From the IMG/VR virus record IMGVR_UViG_2713896790_000003: a DNA stretch of 21,197 nt; one strand, written 5' to 3'. How positions within the stretch are numbered: the stretch's first letter is position 1; each line of letters starts with the position of its first letter. Positions 1 to 7,584 of this stretch are shown here, one piece after another. The notes below the pieces were generated by a model. It had not been told where the DNA came from. It ran no database searches and saw only the letters and a list, made by a program, of their open reading frames with translations. This DNA is from a virus. Taxonomy: Duplodnaviria > Heunggongvirae > Uroviricota > Caudoviricetes. Both the position numbers and the translations under genes were made by a program.

Positions 1-1770
1 CGTCAGCGCATTCAGCCCCAGTGTCAGACTGTCTTTTATGACCTGGAATGCCGGGCCAGCCACTCCATTCAGTTTCGGAGTAACCGTGGCACTGCCGGCG
101 GTGAACACCAGCTCCAGCGTCTGCCAGTCGTTACTGTAATTCCCGAACTCGCCCAACTTTGTGTTTCCGGCTTTCTTGTGATGCATCAGATTCAGTTTGC
201 CGTCTGTGGTCTGGGTGAAGAACGACATCAGGAACGGGTTACCAGTCCCGGTCATCGCCACGACGTCAGGTAACGCTACATCGGTATACAGATAAATTCC
301 CAGACCGAACTGGTTGTTGGTCAGTGCGCCTGACAGTCGAAACTTACAGCTCAGTCTGCCACCCCGTGTCAGCAGGGAGACTGCGTCATCCACCGGGCGC
401 GTCAGGGACCAGGCTTTATTGCTCTGCTTGGTGATCTTAAATACACCATCTGACAACTGAATTCCGCCATTCTTAATGCTCCAGCCCTGCGCAGCAGCGT
501 CTCCGGCTGTCGGCAACAGGGAGATTGTGCGTATGGATGCATCTTCAGACGGCCCCAATGGCGTGTCGCCGCCGGGCGAGGGTTTGATTTCCGGTGCCTT
601 ACCACTAATGAAGGCTAAGGTGCGACCGGCTACGTTCAGAATAGCAGTTGCCATACGATCGGGAATAATGCCACGACGCGCCCATGAGCTGAAATGCGTC
701 GGGCGATTTGATGATACCCAGTTTTTGTTCGTTCGGGATGCCGAACCGTAATAACCAGACCCGGCAATATCAGGATCTTCTGACGGGTTGTTTGTCGGTG
801 TATTAACTCCGCTACCATCGGTCATAAAGGGAACAAAATAAATCTGCTGGGATTCTTTACCTTTATATGCACCATATACCACTTCATATTGCGTACCGTG
901 TTCTTGTTTCCACGCGTATGTCGTGTCGCCACAAATCCAGGGGACTGATGCCGGACTTCCACCGTGACACTGCGCTGCCAGCCCGGCAAGGTCAGCACGG
1001 AACTGCTGTACCATTGCAAGAAATGCTGCTGGCTGCTGGGCGTAACTGGCATTCGTCATATCGAATTCCCCCTGCATCCAGCATATCGCCAGCAAAACGT
1101 TTTTCGGGTTTTTCTGCAATGCTGCCTTCGTGCGGAAAAGCAGATCCTGATATAACGGCTTACCCACTCCCCAGCGAGCCGAATCCTGACTGGCTCCCGT
1201 GGACTCGCTGAATGTCCCCTCCGTGCCCTGGGTGAATGCCGAACCACCACGACAGCATGGTACCAGCAGGATCCCCGCATTATTAGGGATATACGGAAGC
1301 AGTTTTTTGGCAATATGTAAGCCCTGTCCGACACAGCCGTACTGCCCTTTGCTCAGGTCAGCCCGGGGATGGTTAATCGTACTCATATCCTGAACATCAT
1401 GCAGACAATGGTCAGCAGGAATGATGTCGTTAAATACGCATACTTCACCACCGGGAGTCACTGTGTTACGACGGGCCAGTTGCTTAATGCGCGGATGGGG
1501 CGCATCGTATGAATCCGGAAGCGGAAGCCCTTCACCGTAAGCCATGGCATTGGATTGCCCGGCCAGTACGATGACGTAGTACCACTCCGGCTCAGTTGCA
1601 CCACTGACGACCACATCACCTTCTGCTGCAATCGCCTGCATCAGGGTATAAGGGGTTATGGCCACCGGACTACCAAACGGCTGCCAGCCCTCCTTCAGTT
1701 TTTGTGTCAGTCGTTTCGCAAGGTCTGACGGCGATGCCGCCCTGACCACGTCATAGTGTTTAAATGCCAT
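1..1770 (-). CDS. Partial prophage sialate O-acetylesterase-like protein (NanS-p / YjhS-like); 3' end runs off the window
   Basis: Minus-strand frame open from ATG at 1770-1768 to position 1, checked codon by codon (590 aa, no stop). N-terminus MAFKHYDVVRAAS..., a GQSNAM motif typical of SASA/DUF303 esterases. Position downstream of the Q-tRNA block matches where 933W-type phages carry this gene. Not in the ORF track because it has no stop in the window. Confidence 0.7.
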   Translation of the reverse strand, partial: MAFKHYDVVRAASPSDLAKRLTQKLKEGWQPFGSPVAITPYTLMQAIAAEGDVVVSGATEPEWYYVIVLAGQSNAMAYGEGLPLPDSYDAPHPRIKQLARRNTVTPGGEVCVFNDIIPADHCLHDVQDMSTINHPRADLSKGQYGCVGQGLHIAKKLLPYIPNNAGILLVPCCRGGSAFTQGTEGTFSESTGASQDSARWGVGKPLYQDLLFRTKAALQKNPKNVLLAICWMQGEFDMTNASYAQQPAAFLAMVQQFRADLAGLAAQCHGGSPASVPWICGDTTYAWKQEHGTQYEVVYGAYKGKESQQIYFVPFMTDGSGVNTPTNNPSEDPDIAGSGYYGSASRTNKNWVSSNRPTHFSSWARRGIIPDRMATAILNVAGRTLAFISGKAPEIKPSPGGDTPLGPSEDASIRTISLLPTAGDAAAQGWSIKNGGIQLSDGVFKITKQSNKAWSLTRPVDDAVSLLTRGGRLSCKFRLSGALTNNQFGLGIYLYTDVALPDVVAMTGTGNPFLMSFFTQTTDGKLNLMHHKKAGNTKLGEFGNYSNDWQTLELVFTAGSATVTPKLNGVAGPAFQVIKDSLTLGLNALT

Positions 1771-1962
1771 GAATCCTCCCGGGCGGGATAATGTTGTGAG
1801 TCAGATAAGGAGCAGGCTGAAGTCCGGAAGTTACAGGACAATGGCAGAAGGGAGACTACAGCCCGCAATTCGAAAAAGACCGCGCAGTTGCGCAGAGTGA
1901 TTACTATGGGGTATTATTCGCCAGCTGAAATATTACTTCACGTTTTATTGTTTATTCCTTGC

Positions 1963-1992
1963 CGCCCGCGTCTCCCAGCGCGGGCTTTTTTT
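1963..1992 (+). terminator. Putative rho-independent terminator, plus-strand orientation
   Basis: GC hairpin cccgcg-tctcccag-cgcggg followed by cttttttt on the plus strand; the minus-strand reading lacks a T-run. Confidence 0.4.
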
Positions 1993-2002
1993 GTCCATAA
2001 GA

Positions 2003-2236
2003 AAGCCCCTCCGGAGAGGGGCTAAAGCCGCGTATCTGTATCATCATGCACATGGTGCCGGGTGCCTCCCGGTGAGTTCAGTCCGGTGCCACTAAACCCG
2101 CGTCATTCTCGTTTTGATAATCAGAGATTATACCGTCACCAGTCGCCCCTCCGCTCAGGGGGATTCACCATGCGAAATTTTTTTAACAAATGCCCAGTCT
2201 GACAGGCAACTGTCAACTTACTGAATTGTGAGCAAC
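2003..2236. repeat. Copy 1 of a duplicated ~230-bp element at the stx-equivalent locus
   Basis: Shares with copy 2 the blocks aaagcccctccggagaggggct (8-bp stem hairpin), catggtgccgggtgcctcccggtga.ttcagt, cccctccgc.cagggggattcaccatgc, ttttaacaaa, tgtcaac and ctgaattgtgag in the same order. Confidence 0.7.
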
Positions 2237-2488
2237 ATAGCATTTAACGGGGAACCTGTTTTCTGCAGTAAAAAGGCCCACCGGAGCGGATGGGCCTGGA
2301 AGGATAGCGGTCATGTGATGCCGGTTTCCCGGTAACTCAGCACCGGTATCTGAGTCAACGTTTTCTCTACTGGGTCATTTCCGATACGCCCTGCCTGCTG
2401 ACAGGCTTTCATCACATCTGAAAATATAGCACCCTGACTGATACTGTAGTACCTAAGGTTCCAGAAACTGTGATGTATCCGGCACAGA

Positions 2489-2700
2489 AAAGCCCCTCCG
2501 GAGAGGGGCTGGAGAGTGGCGCTATGTGCCATTGCATGGTGCCGGGTGCCTCCCGGTGAATTCAGTACCAGCACCTGAATCCGCGATTATCCCATATACC
2601 TACTCGCTGATTGCCCCTCCGCACAGGGGGATTCACCATGCCAGTTTCTTTTAACAAACTCCCCGCAAACCAGACAACAGTCAACCGCCTGAATTGTGAG
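2489..2700. repeat. Copy 2 of the duplicated ~230-bp element, abutting the 3' side of the Arg(TCT) tRNA
   Basis: Same ordered sequence blocks as copy 1; roughly 75-85 percent identity by eye. On the minus strand the hairpin is followed by ttttct, so it may act as a terminator. Confidence 0.7.
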
Positions 2701-2745
2701 ACATTTAAAAAAAAGCCCGCAAAAGCGAGCCAGGGAAAATAAGTG

Positions 2746-2822
2746 TGGCGCGTTGTACTGGATTCGAACCAGTGACCGATTGCTTAGAAGGCAATTGCTC
2801 TGTCCGGCTGAGCTAACAACGC
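2746..2822 (-). tRNA. argO: tRNA-Arg (anticodon TCT)
   Basis: Minus-strand sequence GCGTTGTTAGCTCAGCCGGACAGAGCAATTGCCTTCTAAGCAATCGGTCACTGGTTCGAATCCAGTACAACGCGCCA folds as a canonical cloverleaf: acceptor GCGTTGT/ACAACGC, D-stem GCTC/GAGC, anticodon loop CTTCTAA, T-arm ACTGG-TTCGAAT-CCAGT, encoded CCA. Gene name by analogy with the 933W tRNA trio. Confidence 0.85.
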
Positions 2823-2835
2823 AGGATACAGATAA

Positions 2836-2912
2836 TGGACCGCCTTCGGGGACCCGAACTCCGCGCAACCAGCTTCGAAGGCTGGCGCTCTTTCCTGATG
2901 AGCTAATGGCGG
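2836..2912 (-). tRNA. argN: tRNA-Arg-like (anticodon TCG), atypical and possibly degenerate
   Basis: Minus-strand CCGCCATTAGCTCATCAGGAAAGAGCGCCAGCCTTCGAAGCTGGTTGCGCGGAGTTCGGGTCCCCGAAGGCGGTCCA: good D-arm and anticodon arm (CCAGC-CTTCGAA-GCTGG), but an A-A mismatch in the acceptor stem, an A-C mismatch in the T-stem and T-loop TTCGGGT lacking the usual A58. Exact 5' end uncertain by 1 nt. Confidence 0.55.
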
Positions 2913-2919
2913 TATGTGA

Positions 2920-2995
2920 TGGTGGCCCTTGCTGGATTTGAACCAGCGACCTGGCGATTATGAGTCGCTCGCTCTCACCACTGAGCTAAAGGGCC
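2920..2995 (-). tRNA. ileZ: tRNA-Ile2-like (anticodon CAT, lysidine type) or tRNA-Met
   Basis: Minus-strand GGCCCTTTAGCTCAGTGGTGAGAGCGAGCGACTCATAATCGCCAGGTCGCTGGTTCAAATCCAGCAAGGGCCACCA: canonical cloverleaf, anticodon loop CTCATAA, T-loop TTCAAAT, encoded CCA; closely resembles the E. coli ileX-type sequence as I recall it. Confidence 0.85.
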
Positions 2996-3044
2996 GGGAG
3001 CAGAATAATAATGGTGCGTAATTAATTCTGCAATCTCATCCGTT

Positions 3045-4094
3045 TCAAACGATTAAATCCTGAACTTCCCTGACTGTCTGCTCAAAACGTCCGGTCTCCA
3101 GTTCAACGCCAATCGCACGACGCCCGAGCGCCAGTGCCGCTTTTACCGTTGAACCTGAGCCCATAAAAAAATCTGCAACCAGGTCACCCGGACGACTGCT
3201 TGCGCTGATTATCTGCTGCAGCATTTCTGCCGGTTTTTCGCACGGATGTTTCCCGGGATAGAACTGCACCGGTTTATGTGTCCACACATCCGTGTACGGC
3301 ACCTGCGCCGTCACACCAAAATACCGCCGCAGATGCTTATATTCACTCTGCAGCTCCACATACTGCCGGTTCAGTGACGTATACGTATCCACCAGCTGGT
3401 GGTGGGGCTTTTCCAGTTCACCGCGCTGATGTTTCTCTTCTGCCACCCGGGCAAACAGCGACTGTAATTTCAGATAATCGCTTTCGTTCGGTAGCTGCCA
3501 CTGACTGGCACTGAACCAGTGCGACACCATGTTTTTCTTTCCTGTGGCATCTGCAATCTGTTTTGCCGTTATCCCCAGGGCCGCGCGCGCATCACGAAAG
3601 TAAGAAATCAGCGGGGCCATCACATGCTGTTTCAGTGCACTGCCCTTCGCCGCATACCCGGCATCTTTCGGACGATACGGCCCCTGATAATGTTCCGCGA
3701 ACAGAATGCGCTCTGTGGCGGGGAAATACGCCCGCAGGCTTTCCTTGTTGCATCCGTTCCAGCGTCCGGACGGCTTCGCCCAGATAATATGGTTCAGCAC
3801 ACTGAAGCGTTCACGCATCATGATTTCGATATCAGATGCCAGGCGATGACCACAGAACAGGTAAAGACTTCCGGCAGGTTTCAGCACCCGCCAGAACTGC
3901 GCCAGACACTGGTCCAGCCACTTCAGGTAATCATCGTCGCCCTTCCACTGGTTATCCCAGCCTTCAGGCTTCACTTTAAAGTACGGCGGGTCCGTGACTA
4001 TCAGGTCAACAGAATTTTCGGGTAACGACCGGATAAATTCCAGGCAGTCGGCGTTGATTAACTCACAACTGGATATTTTTACAGTATTAAGCAT
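3045..4094 (-). CDS. Orphan DNA methyltransferase (beta-class, N6-adenine or N4-cytosine)
   Basis: 349-aa ORF, ATG start; catalytic motif DPPY (IVTDPPYF) near the N-terminus and SAM-binding FFMGSGST near the C-terminus, the order typical of beta-class amino-methyltransferases. No adjacent restriction endonuclease gene. Confidence 0.85.
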   Translation of the reverse strand: MLNTVKISSCELINADCLEFIRSLPENSVDLIVTDPPYFKVKPEGWDNQWKGDDDYLKWLDQCLAQFWRVLKPAGSLYLFCGHRLASDIEIMMRERFSVLNHIIWAKPSGRWNGCNKESLRAYFPATERILFAEHYQGPYRPKDAGYAAKGSALKQHVMAPLISYFRDARAALGITAKQIADATGKKNMVSHWFSASQWQLPNESDYLKLQSLFARVAEEKHQRGELEKPHHQLVDTYTSLNRQYVELQSEYKHLRRYFGVTAQVPYTDVWTHKPVQFYPGKHPCEKPAEMLQQIISASSRPGDLVADFFMGSGSTVKAALALGRRAIGVELETGRFEQTVREVQDLIV

Positions 4095-4228
4095 GGATCA
4101 TTAAGCCTGTCTCTGATAGGCTCATTCTGCTTTTGCGCAAAGCAGTGGGCCTGAGGTTTGCTTGTGAACCCAACGCATGAGCAGATGGCTGGTGGGTGCC
4201 CCTAACACCCACCAGCCGCCCATTTACC

Positions 4229-4258
4229 ACAAATAAAAAAGCCTTCACTGCGGAAGGC
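4229..4258 (-). terminator. Rho-independent terminator (minus-strand)
   Basis: Hairpin gccttc-actgcg-gaaggc (4241-4258) with the plus-strand A-run 4232-4240 giving a U-run after the hairpin on the minus strand; overlaps the stop codon of the small ORF. Confidence 0.55.
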
Positions 4259-4442
4259 GTCTGTAACAACCGAACTGATAGTCTGCCAGACCCGCCATAA
4301 CCAGCTGGGTCAGTATTAACTGGCAGCGTTCGCGTGAAAGGTAAGTATTCTGCGCTATCTCCCCGACTGTCGCCGGTTCGGTAACGCTTAATTCATTAAA
4401 CACTACTCTGGCGGTTTCTGTCATATCCTGCTGTTTTAGCAT
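4245..4442 (-). CDS. Hypothetical small protein (65 aa) between two terminators downstream of Q
   Basis: ORF trimmed to internal ATG (MLKQQDMTETARVVF...) because the longer 94-aa frame would run over the upstream hairpin; purine-rich sequence before the ATG. May be leader sequence rather than a gene. Confidence 0.3.
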   Translation of the reverse strand: MLKQQDMTETARVVFNELSVTEPATVGEIAQNTYLSRERCQLILTQLVMAGLADYQFGCYRRLPQ

Positions 4443-4574
4443 GTCTTTTTCCCTTTCCCGGTTAACGTGACACACCAATAACTCTTGTCGAAAAAGCCAG
4501 CAAGCTGAAAGACAGGTATTCACCGCCACCAGCGCGTTTACTGTACTGACGCGATTTCAGTCATAAAAAACCCG

Positions 4575-4600
4575 CCAGGCGGCGGGGTGTAAAAAATCTT
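4575..4600 (-). terminator. Putative terminator or attenuator just downstream of the candidate late promoter (tR'-like)
   Basis: Hairpin ccccgccgcctggcggg followed on the minus strand by ttttttat. Confidence 0.4.
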
Positions 4601-4635
4601 CTAACGTCAGGCATAAAACGCCCATCGTTAGAGCA

Positions 4636-4663
4636 AATTTACCACAGATTCGGGAAAAATCAA
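4636..4663 (-). promoter_or_regulatory. Candidate late promoter (PR'-like) immediately after the Q-like gene
   Basis: Minus-strand TTGATT (4663-4658), 16-bp spacer, TAAATT (4641-4636). Placement after Q follows lambdoid architecture; the assignment is an inference. Confidence 0.3.
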
Positions 4664-4668
4664 CAACA

Positions 4669-5490
4669 CTATCGCGTTACCCTCTTTAACTGCCGCTCCG
4701 CCCATGCCTCTTCAATGTCAAACCGAACCACCAACGTATCGTAAAAGCGTTTCACTGATTTTTTCCACGTATCAAGCGTGATAGCACTCGTCACTTTGCA
4801 TATGGCATTAAATGCCTCCGTTGATGGTAGTCTTTCACAGCCACGACCACCACAACGCTGGCAGTCTCTGATAACAGGCATACCACGTTTTACCGACTCT
4901 TCACGATGAATGGCGACACCACGCCCACGGCAATCCTTACAGGCGGTGGAAACCTCACCCTTTCCGCCACACTCCGGACAGGCAACTTTTACCACCTCCC
5001 TGACTTTTTTCCATTCTTCCCAGTAAGACGGATACACACCTTTCGTACACTTTGCCCATACCGGCGGCTTACCATCCGGATACTGGATCTTGTTTGTAAA
5101 AACCTCGCTTTCAATAAATTTTTTTCCGTGACAGCAGGAGCACTGTTTTTTGCTCGCCGCGCTACGGGCATAATCTTCAAACGCATACGAAGCCATAATA
5201 CGCATCACTGCCGGTTTTATTTCTGCCGGGAGTTTTCTTAACGCCGCCACGCGATCACACCGCCTGAGTGCATATTCTGTCAGCAATTCTGTTGCCCGCT
5301 CTCTGTCATTCATACTAATGCCCATTTTCCCAAGGAACGCAGAAAACCCCATCTCAGCCCGATTCTGTGTCATGCCCTGCGCGGCCATCACATCAGTGAT
5401 ACTCAGCGCATCTTTCGACGTTGAGGCCGATGCATCAGTCAGGCCGGGGGATTTTGGGGAGTAGTATTTCGGTAAATCTTCCAGTTTCAT
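4669..5490 (-). CDS. Q-like late antiterminator candidate with DnaJ-type zinc-finger repeats
   Basis: 273-aa ORF with ATGA overlap to rusA; sits between rusA and the late promoter/tRNA region; three to four CxxCxGxG-type motifs (CPECGGKG, CKDCRGRG, CQRCGGRG). Family assignment rests on position plus Cys motifs, not on recognised sequence identity. Confidence 0.55.
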   Translation of the reverse strand: MKLEDLPKYYSPKSPGLTDASASTSKDALSITDVMAAQGMTQNRAEMGFSAFLGKMGISMNDRERATELLTEYALRRCDRVAALRKLPAEIKPAVMRIMASYAFEDYARSAASKKQCSCCHGKKFIESEVFTNKIQYPDGKPPVWAKCTKGVYPSYWEEWKKVREVVKVACPECGGKGEVSTACKDCRGRGVAIHREESVKRGMPVIRDCQRCGGRGCERLPSTEAFNAICKVTSAITLDTWKKSVKRFYDTLVVRFDIEEAWAERQLKRVTR

Positions 5491-5861
5491 TTTTTGACCT
5501 GCCCTTCAAGCATTATGGGGTAAATCTTCACCCCCAGACGTCCACCAGATACTGGCTGACCACGAACGATATTGATTTCATCAAACTGCTCATCGTCCAT
5601 TAACACTCCCGCATGCGTCAGCGCATCCAGCGGTGCTTTCAGGATATTGTCCAGGTCGCGACGACGCTTATCCGGTGGCTCTGCAATCACCTTTATCGCC
5701 AGCCTTCCGGACAGGCTTAATTTCAGCCGCTGCTGGCGAACAATAAGCGCCACAGCCCGGCGATAACGCTTTCCCTCCTCCGAGATAAAATATGTGCTGC
5801 CACGGCGTCGCCAGTAAGTGTTCACCGTCGGCGGGTAAGGTAAAACCAAATCTATGAGCAT
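5487..5861 (-). CDS. rusA: Holliday junction resolvase RusA
   Basis: 124-aa ORF MLIDLVLPYPPTVNTYWRRRG...RRRDLDNILKAPLDALTHAGVLMDDEQ, matching the conserved RusA pattern (PPxxN.Y, RRDLDN, DALT). Confidence 0.85.
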   Translation of the reverse strand: MLIDLVLPYPPTVNTYWRRRGSTYFISEEGKRYRRAVALIVRQQRLKLSLSGRLAIKVIAEPPDKRRRDLDNILKAPLDALTHAGVLMDDEQFDEINIVRGQPVSGGRLGVKIYPIMLEGQVKK

Positions 5862-5873
5862 CAGTCACCTCTT

Positions 5874-6920
5874 TTACCCAAGCACGCCAGTTGCAAAGGC
5901 GTGATCAAGAAAACGAAAAATTAAATCAACCTGAGAACCATGCTTTTCTTCGAACGCCAGCGGATCCGCATGAAGCTCGTTGTGATGCTCCCGACACAGC
6001 GGTAGCGTGAAAATATCGTGAGATTTTGTCCCCATTCCGCCCTGACCATGACCAATCAGGTGATGGGGATCGTCGGCTGGCTTACCACAACACGCACACG
6101 GCTGTGTCTTCACCCAGCGTGTGTATTTCTCGTTAACCCAGCGGCGACGTTTAGGTCGTTTCATGAAAGATTCCGGAGACTCAGGATCAACGGCAATGCT
6201 GACCACCGTCTCTTCCTGTGGCGGGTTTTGCTGGTGGGCGTGAGGCAGCGGCGCAAGATTTTTTGTGCGCTGCTTCAGTATGCTGGTGGCGGTCTGCTCT
6301 CCCGGTACGATGTCGCTTTCACGGTACATTGAGCGGATTTTTTCCGCACGCAACCCCAGCGAACGACGTAATACCGCTTCCGGTAGCGCGTCCGCCACCT
6401 GATTGCGGACCGCCCACCAGGATAATTCAGCCAGCGATAATTCCCGTTCCTGCGAGCCATTCATTGCATGGCGTATGACGTCAATCATCCATGCAGACAG
6501 GTTTTGGTGAGCAAGTTGCCCGAGTGATTCGGAGGTCTGGTCGCGCAGCTGGTTGTCGCAGTGCCAGCACAACACCATTGCGCCGGTACCATAACGGTGA
6601 ATGACGGTTTCACTGTGGTGATAATCGCCGTGTGGCCACTGGCAGGATTTAACATGGCGCAGTAACCAATCAGACAATGCGCCAGCGCCACCAGCAGCAC
6701 GAATCACTCGTTCGTCGCTGAAAAATGGCAGTAATGATTTATCCTCCGCCAGCGGCTGGCGAACGGCAGGAACGACCCCGGACGGCAGATTACGCATGCT
6801 TTTCGGTTCCGGCTCCACCAGTACCCGGGTATTGTGGAATACCGGCATGGATTCACGGCCCAGCTTAACGATCACCAGCCCGAGTTCCGGTACCAGAACA
6901 GGTCGAAGTAATACCCGCAC
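5874..6920 (-). CDS. DUF968-like prophage protein (YdfU-like) with C-terminal Cys/His cluster
   Basis: 348-aa ORF (GTG start; an internal ATG at 6848 is an alternative). C-terminus CACCGKPADDPHHLIGHGQGGMGTKSHDIFTLPLCREHHNELH resembles an HNH/zinc-binding motif. Same size and position as Qin YdfU as I recall it. Confidence 0.65.
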   Translation of the reverse strand: MRVLLRPVLVPELGLVIVKLGRESMPVFHNTRVLVEPEPKSMRNLPSGVVPAVRQPLAEDKSLLPFFSDERVIRAAGGAGALSDWLLRHVKSCQWPHGDYHHSETVIHRYGTGAMVLCWHCDNQLRDQTSESLGQLAHQNLSAWMIDVIRHAMNGSQERELSLAELSWWAVRNQVADALPEAVLRRSLGLRAEKIRSMYRESDIVPGEQTATSILKQRTKNLAPLPHAHQQNPPQEETVVSIAVDPESPESFMKRPKRRRWVNEKYTRWVKTQPCACCGKPADDPHHLIGHGQGGMGTKSHDIFTLPLCREHHNELHADPLAFEEKHGSQVDLIFRFLDHAFATGVLG

Positions 6921-6921
6921 G

Positions 6922-7195
6922 TTACCTCCAGATGCGTTGCTGGAATGTGCGGGACGGACGCGGTGGGCGTTCGGAATAAGGGAGTCTGACGTAGATTATC
7001 CAGTGACGATAATCGAGGGTGAGGGCTTTCCTAAACTCATATCCACGTCTGCGGTAGTTATGAATCAGCCATTCGGCCTGTTCTTCAGTACAGGGATCGT
7101 GCTGATACCAGTCATATTTGAATGCGTGAGAACGCCACCCGTGCCTGCTGGCAAAGGCAGAATCAGAATTGCGAAATTTGAAATTATGCGCCATT
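6922..7195 (-). CDS. Hypothetical small protein (90 aa), in the position rem occupies in Qin
   Basis: ORF MAHNFKFRNSDSAFASRHGW...; GGAG 6 nt before the chosen ATG; stop is 1 nt from the DUF968 start. Confidence 0.5.
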
Positions 7196-7253
7196 GTCAT
7201 CTCCAATGGCGCTGCAGGTTGCCAGTTGTTCAGGCTGGCTCACGTATTATAAC

Positions 7254-7475
7254 TTATTCCCGAACTACCTTGAAACCGAGTCTTTCCAAGTATTCAATGA
7301 ATGCCTCAACAGATAACACTACATGATCATCAGGAATTAACGCTGTGTAGGTAATACCCCCATTCTCAACGCGCACAGCATAGAGGCCATCTTCACTAAA
7401 AATTTCACGTAATTCTTCGATTTTCATCAACAGAATCCTTCCAGATAAATAGCACTCCCCCTGTTCGGGGTCCAT
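7254..7475 (-). CDS. Hypothetical small protein (73 aa, or 57 aa from ATG at 7427)
   Basis: Open frame with two candidate ATG starts; co-directional with the operon. No recognisable domain. Confidence 0.4.
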   Translation of the reverse strand: MDPEQGECYLSGRILLMKIEELREIFSEDGLYAVRVENGGITYTALIPDDHVVLSVEAFIEYLERLGFKVVRE

Positions 7476-7548
7476 CCCTCTTCTCCCTGCGCGCTACTTA
7501 AGTATTTTTGATTCTATTCTGGCACCGTCCAAAACTTCAAACACGTTG

Positions 7549-7579
7549 AAAATAAAAACAAAAAACCCGCCGAAGCGGG
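7549..7579 (-). terminator. Rho-independent terminator ending the two-gene cassette
   Basis: Hairpin cccgccgaagcggg (7566-7579) followed on the minus strand by ttttttgttttt; lies 6 nt past the stop of the HTH-peptidase gene. Confidence 0.7.
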
Positions 7580-7584
7580 TATAC

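Noticed and set aside
2003-2700. CRISPR array
   Set aside because: Only two copies of a long (~230-bp) diverged element, not short identical repeats separated by unique spacers.
1771-2745. Shiga toxin (stxA/stxB) genes at the canonical position between the tRNAs and the esterase
   Set aside because: No ORF of suitable size or orientation exists here; the region holds only repeats and hairpins.
2311-2941. Track ORFs 2311-2574 (-), 2587-2868 (-) and 2696-2941 (+)
   Set aside because: They run through the repeat hairpins and the tRNA genes, have no RBS, and are best explained as chance open frames.
3278-4025. Plus-strand ORFs 3278-3514, 3519-4025 and 3563-3787
   Set aside because: They lie antisense inside the methyltransferase gene, which has clear catalytic motifs.
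4245-4529. Full-length 94-aa ORF as annotated in the track
   Set aside because: Its 5' part would pass over the promoter-proximal hairpin; trimmed to the internal ATG at 4442, and even that model is low confidence.
6018-7326. Plus-strand ORFs 6018-6332, 6218-6478 and 6796-7326 and minus-strand alternative-frame ORFs 6275-6460 and 6485-6700
   Set aside because: They overlap the DUF968 and neighbouring genes in other frames and lack start context.
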